Notes: a model not told the origin generated them from the sequence alone. Shown: positions 29,485-39,874, numbered from the stretch's first letter. The stretch: 64,000 nt of DNA from Bacillota bacterium (GCA_029572815.1 JAKPUQ010000060.1:13274-77273); one strand, 5' to 3'. Translations and numbers: made by a program.

Positions 29485-30786
29485 ATGGTTAAGATCAACA
29501 GCGTTATGCATGGCTCTCCGTCGGACAGATGCGGAGTAAAAAAAGACGATATACTCGTTAAGATAAATGGTCATGGTATAAAAGATGTCCTTGACTATAT
29601 GTATTATGCTGCCGATACTGAGGTTTCCCTTGAACTTCTGCGCGACAATAAAACGATCAATCTTGATATCAGTAAGGACGAATACGATGATCTTGGACTC
29701 GAATTTGAGACATTCCTTATGGATAACAAGCAGTCATGCAGTAACAAGTGTGTCTTCTGCTTTATCGATCAGATGCCGCCCGGAATGAGAGAAACTCTTT
29801 ACTTTAAGGACGATGATGCCCGCCTTTCTTTTTTACAGGGTAATTACGTTACACTAACAAATCTTCATCAGGAGGATATTGACAGGATCATTGAGATGAA
29901 GCTTAATATCAATGTTTCTGTTCATACTACCAATCCTGAGCTCAGAGTCAAAATGATGCACAATCGCTTTGCAGGCGAAAAGCTGAAATATATCTGGCAG
30001 CTTGCAGAGAGCGGCATAAAACTTAATTGTCAGATAGTCTGCTGTCCCGGGCTAAATGACGGTGACGAGTTGCGAAGATCACTTACGGATCTTGGTACTC
30101 TTATGCCAAACATCACGAGTATGGCTGTAGTACCGGTTGGACTTACTAAGTTCAGAAAGGGACTTTACCCTCTTGTCGGCTTTACTAAGGAATCTGCCGC
30201 CGAGACTATCGATATTATCGAAGAATTCCAGCAGGTGTTCCTCGAAAAATTCGGTACGAGAACTGTTTTTCCGTCAGACGAGTTCTACCTGATAGCTGAG
30301 CGTGAGCCTCCTCCTATGGAGGCTTATGAGGACTTTTCTCAGTATGAGAATGGCGTCGGAATGCTAAGATCATTGATCGACGAGTTTGACAAGGCCCTGG
30401 ATATGGCTGAGTGGGAGGGCGAAAAACGTCATGTTTCCATTGCAACGGGATATTCTCTGTTTTCAACCATAAGCAGTCTTGCTAAGAAGGCAGAGGAAAG
30501 ATTTCCTGATCTCAGATGTGATGTCTACCGTATCAGGAATGACTTCTTTGGAGAAACTATCACTGTGACAGGTCTGATAACCGCTCAGGATCTTATCGCT
30601 CAGCTTAAAGGAAAAGACCTGGGTGATGAGCTTCTGATCTCTTCAGCTATGCTCAGGCGCGATTCTGATGTTTTTCTTGATGATCTTACAGTTTCTGATG
30701 TGGAGAAGGAGCTCAATGTTAAGCTGACATCCACTAACAGTGACGGATTTGAGCTTCTTGATGCAATAATGGGAATAACCTATTGA
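29485..30786 (+). CDS. DUF512 family protein (PDZ plus radical SAM-like)
   Basis: CSNKCVFCFIDQMP, LYFKDDD-RLSF, ENGVGM; conserved position upstream of der. Confidence 0.9.
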   Translation: MVKINSVMHGSPSDRCGVKKDDILVKINGHGIKDVLDYMYYAADTEVSLELLRDNKTINLDISKDEYDDLGLEFETFLMDNKQSCSNKCVFCFIDQMPPGMRETLYFKDDDARLSFLQGNYVTLTNLHQEDIDRIIEMKLNINVSVHTTNPELRVKMMHNRFAGEKLKYIWQLAESGIKLNCQIVCCPGLNDGDELRRSLTDLGTLMPNITSMAVVPVGLTKFRKGLYPLVGFTKESAAETIDIIEEFQQVFLEKFGTRTVFPSDEFYLIAEREPPPMEAYEDFSQYENGVGMLRSLIDEFDKALDMAEWEGEKRHVSIATGYSLFSTISSLAKKAEERFPDLRCDVYRIRNDFFGETITVTGLITAQDLIAQLKGKDLGDELLISSAMLRRDSDVFLDDLTVSDVEKELNVKLTSTNSDGFELLDAIMGITY

Positions 30787-30882
30787 GTCATACGTCATAT
30801 CATGAATAATATGCGAATATACGAAGCACATTGCTTCTTAAAATAATTGGTTTAAATGAAAAATGCAGAAAGGGGAATTGAA

Positions 30883-32211
30883 ATGCCTTTACCGATAGTT
30901 GCAGTTGTCGGACGTCCTAATGTAGGAAAGTCCACCCTTTTCAACAAGCTTATTGGACAGCGCCTTTCCATTGTTGAGGATACTCCCGGTGTTACCAGAG
31001 ACCGTATCTATTCAAAATGCGAGTGGCGCGGTAAAGAATTCATGGTTGTTGATACAGGCGGTATAGAGCCTGACAGCAATGATGTCATTCTTGCTCAGAT
31101 GAGAAGACAGTCTGAGCTGGCTATAGAGAAAGCAGATGTTATTGTCTTTGTTACAGATATAAGATGTGGTGTAACTGCTGATGACTATGCAGTTGCCCAG
31201 ATGCTCCTGAAGAGCGGCAAGCCCATTGTTCTTGCTGTAAACAAGGTCGATAACCTGGGAGATCCGCCTATGGAGCTCTATGAATTCTATAATCTCGGTC
31301 TCGGAGATCCCTATCCCATATCCTCAGTTCACGGACACGGAACAGGTGATATGCTGGACAAGGTATATGAGAGCCTTCCTGACAGTGAGGAAGCTGAATA
31401 TGACGAGGATCATATCAAGGTGGCTGTTATCGGAAAGCCTAATGCCGGAAAGTCCTCTCTCATCAACAAGATAGCTGGTGAGGAGAGGGTTATAGTTTCC
31501 GATATAGCAGGAACTACCCGTGACTCAACGGATACTGTTATTGAAAATGAATATGGAAAATTCGTATTTATAGATACAGCAGGTATACGCAAAAAGTCTA
31601 AGGTTACTGAAAAGGTCGAGCATTACAGCGTTCTCAGAGCTTATATGGCTGTAGATCGTGCAGATGTCTGTGTTATTATGCTGGATGCTGCCGAAGGCTT
31701 TACAGAGCAGGATTCAAAGGTTGCCGGCTACGCTCACGAACAGGGAAAAGCCTGTGTAGTTGCTGTAAATAAATGGGATCTGATCGAAAAGGACGACAAG
31801 ACCATGCAGGAGTACAGGACAAAGCTGGAGAACGATTTCAGCTTCATGTCATATGTGCCGTTTGTCTTTATATCCGCAAAAACCGGTCAGCGTATAAACA
31901 AGCTTTATGAGCTTATCAAGTATACCTATGAGCAGAACAGTATGCGTATCTCAACGGGAATGCTGAACGATGTTCTTGCATATGCGACTACAAGAGTACA
32001 GCCTCCCTCGGATAAGGGCAGAAGACTGAAGATATATTACATGACTCAGCCCTCAACAAAGCCGCCTACGTTCGTAACATTCGTAAACAGAGCTGACCTT
32101 TTCCATTTCTCATACAGGAGATATATCGAAAATCAGATACGTTCAACATTCGGACTTGAAGGAACGCCTGTCCGTTTCATAGTCCGTGAGAGGGGAGGAA
32201 ATGATAAATAA
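30883..32211 (+). CDS. der: Ribosome biogenesis GTPase Der (EngA)
   Basis: Two G domains: GRPNVGKST/DTGG/NKVD and GKPNAGKSS/DTAG/NKWD. Confidence 0.97.
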   Translation: MPLPIVAVVGRPNVGKSTLFNKLIGQRLSIVEDTPGVTRDRIYSKCEWRGKEFMVVDTGGIEPDSNDVILAQMRRQSELAIEKADVIVFVTDIRCGVTADDYAVAQMLLKSGKPIVLAVNKVDNLGDPPMELYEFYNLGLGDPYPISSVHGHGTGDMLDKVYESLPDSEEAEYDEDHIKVAVIGKPNAGKSSLINKIAGEERVIVSDIAGTTRDSTDTVIENEYGKFVFIDTAGIRKKSKVTEKVEHYSVLRAYMAVDRADVCVIMLDAAEGFTEQDSKVAGYAHEQGKACVVAVNKWDLIEKDDKTMQEYRTKLENDFSFMSYVPFVFISAKTGQRINKLYELIKYTYEQNSMRISTGMLNDVLAYATTRVQPPSDKGRRLKIYYMTQPSTKPPTFVTFVNRADLFHFSYRRYIENQIRSTFGLEGTPVRFIVRERGGNDK

Positions 32212-32885
32212 TGAAACTTTTTCTTTCTATCATTGCTGCCGCATGTCTTGGTTATTTTCTTGGCAGCCTTAATTTCTCCATCATTGTTGTAAGAATGATG
32301 ACGGGCCGCGATATACGTGACATGGGAAGTAAGAACGCAGGTCTGACAAACACTCTAAGATGTGCAGGAAAGAGCTGTGCGCTCTTTACACTTCTGGGTG
32401 ATCTTTTCAAGGGTATTATTGCGGTTGCCCTTGCAAGAGGATTCTGCCATCTGCTCCACGCAGGTATGATGCCGGGAAATGATACACACTATATCGGATA
32501 TATAGCAGGATTTTTTGCGATTCTCGGACATGTTTTCCCGATATACTACAGCTTTAAGGGCGGAAAGGGAGTTCTTGTCGGAGCAGCTTCTTTCCTTGCT
32601 GTGGATTACAAGGTATTCCTGGCGCTTCTCGCCATATTTGTGGTAATGCTCGCTCTTTCAAAGTATGTTTCGCTTGCATCAATCATCTCAACAGCTTACT
32701 GTCCGCTTGCCACACTGCTAATGTCATGGCTCATTGACGGTTTCTCTTTTGGAAGAAGCTTCCTGTATATGGTTCTGTCACTGCCAATGGCGGCTATGGT
32801 CATATGGATGCATCGCTCAAATATAGAGAGACTTATTGATGGAAATGAGAATAAATTTTCGTTCAATACCATAAATATAAACTGA
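32211..32885 (+). CDS. plsY: Glycerol-3-phosphate acyltransferase PlsY
   Basis: GS-N-G-TN-LR, GHVFPIY--FKGGKGV, YVSLAS, HRSNIERL--G-E. Confidence 0.95.
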   Translation: MKLFLSIIAAACLGYFLGSLNFSIIVVRMMTGRDIRDMGSKNAGLTNTLRCAGKSCALFTLLGDLFKGIIAVALARGFCHLLHAGMMPGNDTHYIGYIAGFFAILGHVFPIYYSFKGGKGVLVGAASFLAVDYKVFLALLAIFVVMLALSKYVSLASIISTAYCPLATLLMSWLIDGFSFGRSFLYMVLSLPMAAMVIWMHRSNIERLIDGNENKFSFNTININ

Positions 32886-32912
32886 GGCTCAATGCGGAAG
32901 GAGTAAAAAGTT

Positions 32913-33902
32913 ATGGCAAAGATAGTTATACTTGGTTCAGGCGGTTTCGGACTCAGTCTTGCAATAATGGCTGAGCGCTGCGGACACGATGTAACTGTAT
33001 GGTCTAAATTTCAGTCTGAGATAGACGATATCCGCTCTCACGGGGAGCACGTTCAGAAGCTTCCCGGAGTACCTGTTTCAGAGAGCATTGCAATGACCAG
33101 CGATATTTCATGTATCAAAGGCTGTGATGTACTTATATTTGGAATTCCCTCGTCGTTTGTTAGGGATGTGGCGAAGTCTGCTGCACCATATGTAGATGAT
33201 AATATGGTTATCGTAAACACAGGAAAAGGTCTTGAAGAGGGGAGTCTCAAGACTCTCAGCGAGGTCATCAAGGAAGAGATACATACAGACAAGCTTGTAG
33301 TTCTTTCAGGCCCCTCTCATGCAGAGGAGCTCGCAAGATGCGTTCCAACTACAATAGTTGCGGCTTCTGAAAACCATGATGCGGCTGAGCTGGTCCAGAG
33401 AGAATTCGGAAACAGCTATCTCAGGATCTATCTTAATGATGACGTCAAGGGCTGCGAGATAGGCGGTGCTCTGAAAAATATCATCGCTTTGTGCGTAGGC
33501 GTCTGTGACGGTCTGGGCTACGGTGATAACACAAAGGCTGCTCTTATGACAAGAGGTATACATGAGATCGCCCGTCTCGGCAAAGCCTGCGGTGCGAATA
33601 TCGCAACATTCAGCGGTCTTACCGGTATCGGAGATCTTATCGTCACCTGTACAAGTATGCACAGCCGTAACAGACGTGCAGGTATACTTATCGGTCAGGG
33701 GGTTTCTCCTGAGGAGGCTGTTGAGCGTGTTGGCACTGTAGAAGGTTACTTCTGCTGCAAGGCTGCATATGATCTTGCCAAGCGCCTTGGCGTTGAAATG
33801 CCTATTACGGAGCAGCTCAATGAGGTGCTTTTCAACGGCGGAGACGTAAGGCTTGCTCTCGGCGCGCTCATGAACCGTCCGCAGAACTATGAAGAAATAT
33901 AA
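32913..33902 (+). CDS. gpsA: NAD(P)H-dependent glycerol-3-phosphate dehydrogenase
   Basis: GSGGFG, LSGPSHAEE, GGALKNII, GDNTKAAL, GDLIVTC-S-HSRNR. Confidence 0.96.
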   Translation: MAKIVILGSGGFGLSLAIMAERCGHDVTVWSKFQSEIDDIRSHGEHVQKLPGVPVSESIAMTSDISCIKGCDVLIFGIPSSFVRDVAKSAAPYVDDNMVIVNTGKGLEEGSLKTLSEVIKEEIHTDKLVVLSGPSHAEELARCVPTTIVAASENHDAAELVQREFGNSYLRIYLNDDVKGCEIGGALKNIIALCVGVCDGLGYGDNTKAALMTRGIHEIARLGKACGANIATFSGLTGIGDLIVTCTSMHSRNRRAGILIGQGVSPEEAVERVGTVEGYFCCKAAYDLAKRLGVEMPITEQLNEVLFNGGDVRLALGALMNRPQNYEEI

Positions 33903-33927
33903 GCATTACTTTACGAGGTGAGTTCAA

Positions 33928-35466
33928 TTGATTAAAATATGCGATTACAGAGGACATATCCGTAACTGGAGAGGGCTTTGCGAGGAGCTTGGCATTGACG
34001 GAACACTCTCAAGAGAAGAACGTGAAAAGGCCATTATTGTAAAGGCTTATGAAAAATGGGGCAGGAAAATGGCTGACCATTTTTACGGAATGTTTGCATT
34101 TGCTCTGTATGACACAGAAAATGATAAATATTTCTGTCTGAGAGACCAGTTTGGCACTAAGCCCTTCTACTACTATATCACAGCCGATAACAGACTGCTC
34201 TGCGGTACATATATCAGGGACATCATGAAGCAGAAAGGCTTTGTGAAGGAGCTGAATGTTGATATGCTCCAGATCTACATGACTCTTACATATGTAGCAG
34301 GAGAGGACACCTTCTTCAAGGGCGTTAAGAAGCTTATGCCCGGACACTGGCTGGAATTTGAGAACGGAAAGCTTACTATCGGTCGCTACTGGACCCCTGA
34401 GTTCAAGGCTGATGACAGCAAGTCCCTCAATGACTGGGCTGATGAGATACATGATACCCTCAAGAACATCTTCCCTGAAGTAAAGGATCAGGACGAAACA
34501 GCCGAATCCTTCCTTTCAGGCGGCGTTGATTCTTCCTATGTACTCGCAATGTCAGATGCTAAAAGAGCTGATTCCTGCGGTTATGATGAGGAGCGTTTTG
34601 ACGAGTCAAGGGTAGCTGCAAAGACTGCTGAGCTGCTCAATGTAGAGCACAGCGTTGCAAATATCCAGCCTAAGGACTTTTTCGACATTGTTCCTTTTGT
34701 TATGTACAATATGGAGCAGCCACTCGGAGATGCTTCGGCTATCGTATTCACTCTTGGCTGCAAGGCAACAGCCGAACATACAAAGCTCTGCTATTCAGGC
34801 GAGGGCGCAGATGAGTTCTTCGGCGGATACAATATGTACAGAAATGCTGAGCGTTATGGCGAAAATCTCAAGACATTCTATGTCGGAAATACCAATATTA
34901 TGAAGGAGGATGAAAAGCAGCGTATACTCAAGCATTATGATCCCTCAGTGCTTCCTGTAAACCTTGTAAAGTACATCTATGACGAGACAGAAGGTCTTGA
35001 CCCCCTCACAAAGATGTCAGATGTTGATATACAGATCTGGCTTGAGGGAGATATTTACCTTAATGTTGACAAGATGAGCACTGCCTGCGGACTTGAGATC
35101 CGTATGCCTCTCACTGACAGAAGAATATTTGATATAGCTTCCCGTATGCCTTCAAAGTACAAGGTGAACGAGGAGACAAACAAAGTTGCATTCAGAACTG
35201 CCGCTGCAAAGGTTCTTCCTGAGGAGATAGCCTTCAGAAAGAAGCTCGGCTTCATAGTTCCGATCAGGATATGGCTTGCAGACGAGCGTTATAATTCTGA
35301 TGTACGAGCTAAGTTCAGCAGTGATATGGCAGCTGAATTCTTCGATCTTGATGAAATAAATGCTATATTCAATGACTATATCGGCGGAAATTCCGATAAC
35401 TGGCGCAAGGTCTGGACCATTTACACCTTCCTTGTATGGTATGAGGAGTACTTCGTAAAGAGATAA
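33928..35466 (+). CDS. Asparagine synthetase B-like amidotransferase with a truncated glutaminase domain
   Basis: GMFAFALYD, RDQFG-KPFYY, LSGGVDSS, SGEGADEFFGGY, DKMS...E-R-P. There is no N-terminal Cys-Gly. TTG start after GAGGTG. Confidence 0.85.
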   Translation: MIKICDYRGHIRNWRGLCEELGIDGTLSREEREKAIIVKAYEKWGRKMADHFYGMFAFALYDTENDKYFCLRDQFGTKPFYYYITADNRLLCGTYIRDIMKQKGFVKELNVDMLQIYMTLTYVAGEDTFFKGVKKLMPGHWLEFENGKLTIGRYWTPEFKADDSKSLNDWADEIHDTLKNIFPEVKDQDETAESFLSGGVDSSYVLAMSDAKRADSCGYDEERFDESRVAAKTAELLNVEHSVANIQPKDFFDIVPFVMYNMEQPLGDASAIVFTLGCKATAEHTKLCYSGEGADEFFGGYNMYRNAERYGENLKTFYVGNTNIMKEDEKQRILKHYDPSVLPVNLVKYIYDETEGLDPLTKMSDVDIQIWLEGDIYLNVDKMSTACGLEIRMPLTDRRIFDIASRMPSKYKVNEETNKVAFRTAAAKVLPEEIAFRKKLGFIVPIRIWLADERYNSDVRAKFSSDMAAEFFDLDEINAIFNDYIGGNSDNWRKVWTIYTFLVWYEEYFVKR

Positions 35467-35471
35467 AAACT

Positions 35472-35502
35472 AAGCCCGTGAGTATACGCTCACGGGCTTT
35501 TT
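35472..35502. terminator. Bidirectional terminator
   Basis: AAGCCCGTGAG/CTCACGGGCTT followed by a T run; lies between convergent genes. Confidence 0.8.
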
Positions 35503-35505
35503 GTA

Positions 35506-35817
35506 TCATTTTTTCTTTTTATCAGGTAGGGCTTCATATAACGAAGTAATGAGCTGGTTAAGAAAAGCTTTGTCATCAATTTCAGTTACCAGTATCATTT
35601 CCTTAGCTCCGTCATATGGCAGTTCAAGCGGCGCATCGGGCATTATTTCTTTAGCAGCTTTTACATTTTTAACAAGAAATCTGTCATCATAAATGCCGCC
35701 GATTATTTTGCTTTGGTAATAAATGATATATTCACCCATCATTGCTCTGTAAGCAAATCCTTCAAGTTCTGAAAGCTGTTCCAGTATAAAGTTGAGATAT
35801 TCCTTGCTTGAAGCCAT
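35506..35817 (-). CDS. TfoX/Sxy N-terminal domain protein
   Basis: Y---MMGEYIIYY--KI-GGIYDDRFLVK, PYDGAKEM; start after GGAGG. Confidence 0.85.
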   Translation of the reverse strand: MASSKEYLNFILEQLSELEGFAYRAMMGEYIIYYQSKIIGGIYDDRFLVKNVKAAKEIMPDAPLELPYDGAKEMILVTEIDDKAFLNQLITSLYEALPDKKKK

Positions 35818-35885
35818 AATTGCCTCCATAAAGCTGATATAAAAAGATACTTCCGATAACCGGAAGCATCTTGTAATATTGTTGA

Positions 35886-37079
35886 TTATTCAAGAATGGG
35901 AAGGCAAGCAAGTGCTCCGAGCTCCTTAGCCTTAGCTTCTGCCTGAGCAAAAGTGAGTTCTTCATTGGTAACAAATGACATACCATTGTCATTATTGTAA
36001 ACTTCAACTCCCTCGATGGATGAACCCGAAGGAACTCTGAAGTACCAGCGTGACTTGAATTCGCTTATCTTTGAAACAAATGAGTCATCAGATGAAGACT
36101 CCCATGACTGAGATAATACCGTTACCTTGTGCTTTACAGCTTCAATAACATCTCCCAGTACTGCGCTTGCAGTAGGAAGCTTTCCTGCGCCTCTGCCGTA
36201 GAACATTGCCTGGTCGATACCGTCACCGTAAACGAGAACTGCATTGAATACATCATTTACGCCGGACATTATATTATCATAGGAAACCAGTGTAGGCATT
36301 ACACAGGGGAGAATATTGCCGTTTTCAAGTTTAGTAACAGAAGCTACAAGCTTTATTGCATAGCCGAGTACATCTGAAGCTTCAACGTCGCAGAGCTGAA
36401 TGTCCTTTATTCCCTTAGTATATACGCTCCTGGGATAAACGTGTTTGCCGAAAACAAGTGAAGATATAATGCATATCTTGCGGCAGGCGTCATGACCTTC
36501 GATATCAGCTGTAGGATCCTTCTCAGCATATCCGAGCTCCTGTGCAAGCTTCAGAGCTTCATCAAAGGGCATATTATCGTTATACATCTTTGTCAGGATG
36601 AAGTTTGTTGTACCGTTGAGTATACCTGCAACCTTTGTAATATCATTAGCTGCAAGGCAGCGGTGAAGGGGTCTGATTATCGGGATAGCACCGCCGACGC
36701 TTGCTTCAAAGAAGAAGTTGCAGTTGTGATCCTTTGCTGTTTTCAGAAGAATATCGCCTTTCTCAGCAACCAGCTCCTTGTTTGAAGTGGAAACGCTCTT
36801 ACCCTTTTCCAGGCAGGCTTTAACGAAAGTGAAAGCGGGCTCGACACCTCCCATGCACTCTGCAACAGAAATTACTTCGTCATCATTGAGGATATCATCA
36901 AAATTCTTAGTGAACTTATCGGCGTAAGGAGAGTCGGGGAAATCTCTGAGATCCAGGATATACTTTATATCCATTTCCGTACCTGCACGCTTTTCGATAC
37001 TTTTCTTATTCTTATAGAAAAGCTCAACAACGCCAGAGCCTACAACACCGTGTCCTAAAACTGCAAATTTAACTGACAT
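35886..37079 (-). CDS. hom: Homoserine dehydrogenase
   Basis: GHGVVGSG, SNKEL, FEASVGGAIP, GILNGTTNFIL, GYAEKDPTADIEGHD, GRGAG. Confidence 0.95.
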   Translation of the reverse strand: MSVKFAVLGHGVVGSGVVELFYKNKKSIEKRAGTEMDIKYILDLRDFPDSPYADKFTKNFDDILNDDEVISVAECMGGVEPAFTFVKACLEKGKSVSTSNKELVAEKGDILLKTAKDHNCNFFFEASVGGAIPIIRPLHRCLAANDITKVAGILNGTTNFILTKMYNDNMPFDEALKLAQELGYAEKDPTADIEGHDACRKICIISSLVFGKHVYPRSVYTKGIKDIQLCDVEASDVLGYAIKLVASVTKLENGNILPCVMPTLVSYDNIMSGVNDVFNAVLVYGDGIDQAMFYGRGAGKLPTASAVLGDVIEAVKHKVTVLSQSWESSSDDSFVSKISEFKSRWYFRVPSGSSIEGVEVYNNDNGMSFVTNEELTFAQAEAKAKELGALACLPILE

Positions 37080-37099
37080 AAAAAGAAAACCTCCGTAAA

Positions 37100-37543
37100 C
37101 TATTCGGCTGAGAGGATCTTGACCTCTAAAACGCCGTCTAGTTCAGTAATTGAATTTAGTGCGGCGAGTTCTTCATCATACTCGCCGGTTAGCCTGAGTG
37201 ATATATTGACAGCAGCCGCGCCGTCCACGGGGATACTCTGATTAACAGTCAAAATATTAGCATTCAGGTTATGAAGGAAAACAAGAGCGCTTGACAGAAT
37301 ACCGGGACTATCACTGAGAAGGAGATAGATATTGACTATCTTTCTGTTAAAGAGCTCCTCATAAGAAAAAACGCTGTCCTTATATTTGTAATAAGCACTT
37401 CTTGAAATGCCGATACGTTTACAGGCTGAGGCGAAGCTTTTTTCGCCTTTCTGCGCCATCAATTTTTTTACCTCAAGGACTTTTGTGAAGACCTCAGGAA
37501 GTATTCTTGCGTCGGCAACGATAAGCTGTGATTTTGTATCCAT
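37100..37543 (-). CDS. HTH-ACT domain protein (PheB/ThrR, UPF0735 family)
   Basis: LPEVF-KV...GISRSAYYKYKD followed by an ACT domain (NILTVNQSIP); directly upstream of hom. Confidence 0.85.
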   Translation of the reverse strand: MDTKSQLIVADARILPEVFTKVLEVKKLMAQKGEKSFASACKRIGISRSAYYKYKDSVFSYEELFNRKIVNIYLLLSDSPGILSSALVFLHNLNANILTVNQSIPVDGAAAVNISLRLTGEYDEELAALNSITELDGVLEVKILSAE

Positions 37544-37607
37544 AGTAAATCACCTTTTGTTTTTTTGAAAAAATCGTCCACCACTGATGAACAATTGTAT
37601 TCTACTT

Positions 37608-37636
37608 AATTACTATAACATTTTTTTTGACTTTTG
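37608..37636 (-). promoter_or_regulatory. Candidate promoter of the ACT-hom unit
   Basis: On the minus strand: TTGACA-17 nt-TATAGT. Coordinates are approximate. Confidence 0.55.
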
Positions 37637-37717
37637 TCAAGACTAAAAAAATCAAGTTTACTCCGGCTAATTTATATATATTGCTATGAAAAAGTCCGCA
37701 GTTTTCTGCGGACTTGC

Positions 37718-38992
37718 TTATTTATCAGCTTCACTCAGAAGCTTTTGTCTGTACTGATATGCAGATTGCTCCTGCTTATTTTCACCATAATGATAGTAAA
37801 CGCGGTCTTTAAGTGCATCAGGGAGATATTGCTGTTTTACATAGTGATTGGGGAAATCGTGGGGATAGAGATAATGCTGCCCCACAACCTTAGCGCCATT
37901 GCCGTCAAAGTGAACGTTTTGGAGATGTCTTGGAAAATCAAGAGCATCGCAGCTTTTCAGATCGTCCAGAGCGGCATCAATAGCCATGCAGGCACTGTTA
38001 GACTTCGGAGCTGTAGCCATAAGGATTATTGCTTCTGCAATTGGCAGCTTAGCCTCGGGAAGTCCTAACTGTAATGCCGAGTCTACGCAGGCTTTCACAA
38101 TAGGAACAGCCATAGGATAGGCAAGACCTACGTCCTCTGAAGCAATACAAAGCATTCGCCTGCAAAGTGAGATAATATCTCCTGCGGCTATCAGACGTGC
38201 AGCATAGTGCAAAGCTGCATTCTCATCAGAACCGCGGACAGATTTATGAAAAGCTGACAGGATATCATAATGCTGGTCTCCGTCACGGTCATAGCGCATA
38301 TTGCTGCGCTGTGCAAGAACTTCGAGGGAGTCCTCGGTTATGGTTACTTTACCGTCAGATGGCTCTCCGCAGACGACTGCAAGCTCAGCTGTGTTCATTG
38401 CCTTGCGGACGTCACCGCCGCAGCTATAGGCTATACGGGTTATAATGTCATCGGAAGCTTCTATTTCGTAGCCGTTTTCCTCCGACATGATTCTGAAAGC
38501 GCGTTTTATCGCAGGTATGAGCTGCTCGGCAGTAACAGGCTTGAACTCAAAAACAGTGCTTCGGCTTATGACAGCATTATATACTGCGAAATACGGGTTT
38601 TCCGTAGTTGAAGCAATAAGTGTTATCTCGCCGTTTTCGATGTATTCCAGAAGACTCTGCTGCTGCTTTTTGTTCAGATACTGTATCTCGTCAAGATAGA
38701 GCAGTATACCGTTTTCGCTTCTGAATGTGCCTATCTCGGCAACTACGTCCTTGATATCGGAAAGTGAAGCATTTGTGCCATTGAGCTTATACAGTGACAT
38801 ACCGCAGTTTTCGGCGATAATGCGCGCCACAGTAGTCTTGCCTACGCCTGATGGACCATAGAATATCATATTCGGGACTGTTCCGCTTTCGATTATGCGG
38901 CGAAGTGGCTTTCCCTCACCGAGAATATGCTCCTGACCGACAACATCGGTAAGAGTTTTCGGGCGTATTTTATCGGCTAATGGTGCAGACAT
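37718..38992 (-). CDS. rarA: Replication-associated recombination protein A (AAA+)
   Basis: PLADKIRP, GPSGVGKTT, LDEI, STTENPYF, SAFHKSVRGSD, ASEDVGLA. Confidence 0.95.
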   Translation of the reverse strand: MSAPLADKIRPKTLTDVVGQEHILGEGKPLRRIIESGTVPNMIFYGPSGVGKTTVARIIAENCGMSLYKLNGTNASLSDIKDVVAEIGTFRSENGILLYLDEIQYLNKKQQQSLLEYIENGEITLIASTTENPYFAVYNAVISRSTVFEFKPVTAEQLIPAIKRAFRIMSEENGYEIEASDDIITRIAYSCGGDVRKAMNTAELAVVCGEPSDGKVTITEDSLEVLAQRSNMRYDRDGDQHYDILSAFHKSVRGSDENAALHYAARLIAAGDIISLCRRMLCIASEDVGLAYPMAVPIVKACVDSALQLGLPEAKLPIAEAIILMATAPKSNSACMAIDAALDDLKSCDALDFPRHLQNVHFDGNGAKVVGQHYLYPHDFPNHYVKQQYLPDALKDRVYYHYGENKQEQSAYQYRQKLLSEADK

Positions 38993-39010
38993 AGCAGTTC
39001 TCCTTTCATT

Positions 39011-39361
39011 TTACTTTGCAGGTGCAGTCATTTCAATGTGATTGCCCTCAGGATCAACAAACTCTGCCACCCAGTTATTTCCTATGCGGGTTATCGGGAA
39101 GCAGATGTCTTTTCCCCTAAGCTTGACATCAAGAAGTTTGAGATCGTCAACGCTGAAACTCGGTATGCAGTTGCTTCCGAATTCGTGAGTTTCGTTAGTA
39201 AGTTTATAAGCGAATAATCCAAGACGGAAGCCGTTTACTTCAAAAACACTGTACAATTCATCTCTTTCAGTAACTTCCTGTTCAAAAAATTCCTCATAGA
39301 ACTTTATTGCTCTATCCATATCATTTACGCAAAGATAGAGTGAATTAATGTGAATATCCAT
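39011..39361 (-). CDS. VOC/glyoxalase family protein
   Basis: V-DMDRAIKFYE-FF and F-DPEGNHIE. Confidence 0.85.
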   Translation of the reverse strand: MDIHINSLYLCVNDMDRAIKFYEEFFEQEVTERDELYSVFEVNGFRLGLFAYKLTNETHEFGSNCIPSFSVDDLKLLDVKLRGKDICFPITRIGNNWVAEFVDPEGNHIEMTAPAK

Positions 39362-39376
39362 ATTAAATACCTTGTT

Positions 39377-39817
39377 TTATGATAATCGGAGTATGTATTG
39401 TTTGTTTACAATATCCAGTGCCCAGTTCTGCATTTCCCAGAACATTTTTCCTTTGATATTTTCGTAATTGATCCACAAGAATTCATGGTCATTTTCTGTC
39501 GGTGAGGATACTTTTGAAGTAAATTCACCTGTGTAATAGGTCTGGACGGGGTGAAAATAACCTATTTCGTTGTGAAAGCAATAGGTCTCGGCAGAGCATA
39601 CTTTTGCTTTTACAGAAACTGTATATCCTGTTTCTTTATGACTTTCTCTTTTTACGCAATCAGAGTGAGATTCATCATTTTCTATTCCGCCGCCAACAAA
39701 GAAATAACCTTTAGGAGTATGTATCACACCGATCTTTCCATTGCAGACAGGGATAACGTATGCGCCCTCTCTGTCGCAGTATTGTATGTTTTCTTTTGAT
39801 CCGAATATCCTGTGCAT
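39377..39817 (-). CDS. NUDIX hydrolase
   Basis: Nudix box GGIENDESHSDCVKRESHKETGY, with one conserved Glu read as Lys. Confidence 0.8.
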   Translation of the reverse strand: MHRIFGSKENIQYCDREGAYVIPVCNGKIGVIHTPKGYFFVGGGIENDESHSDCVKRESHKETGYTVSVKAKVCSAETYCFHNEIGYFHPVQTYYTGEFTSKVSSPTENDHEFLWINYENIKGKMFWEMQNWALDIVNKQYILRLS

Positions 39818-39874
39818 AATATTTTCTATAAAATAAGGGGACGGACAGTTCGTCCGTCCCTTGATGATTATTGA

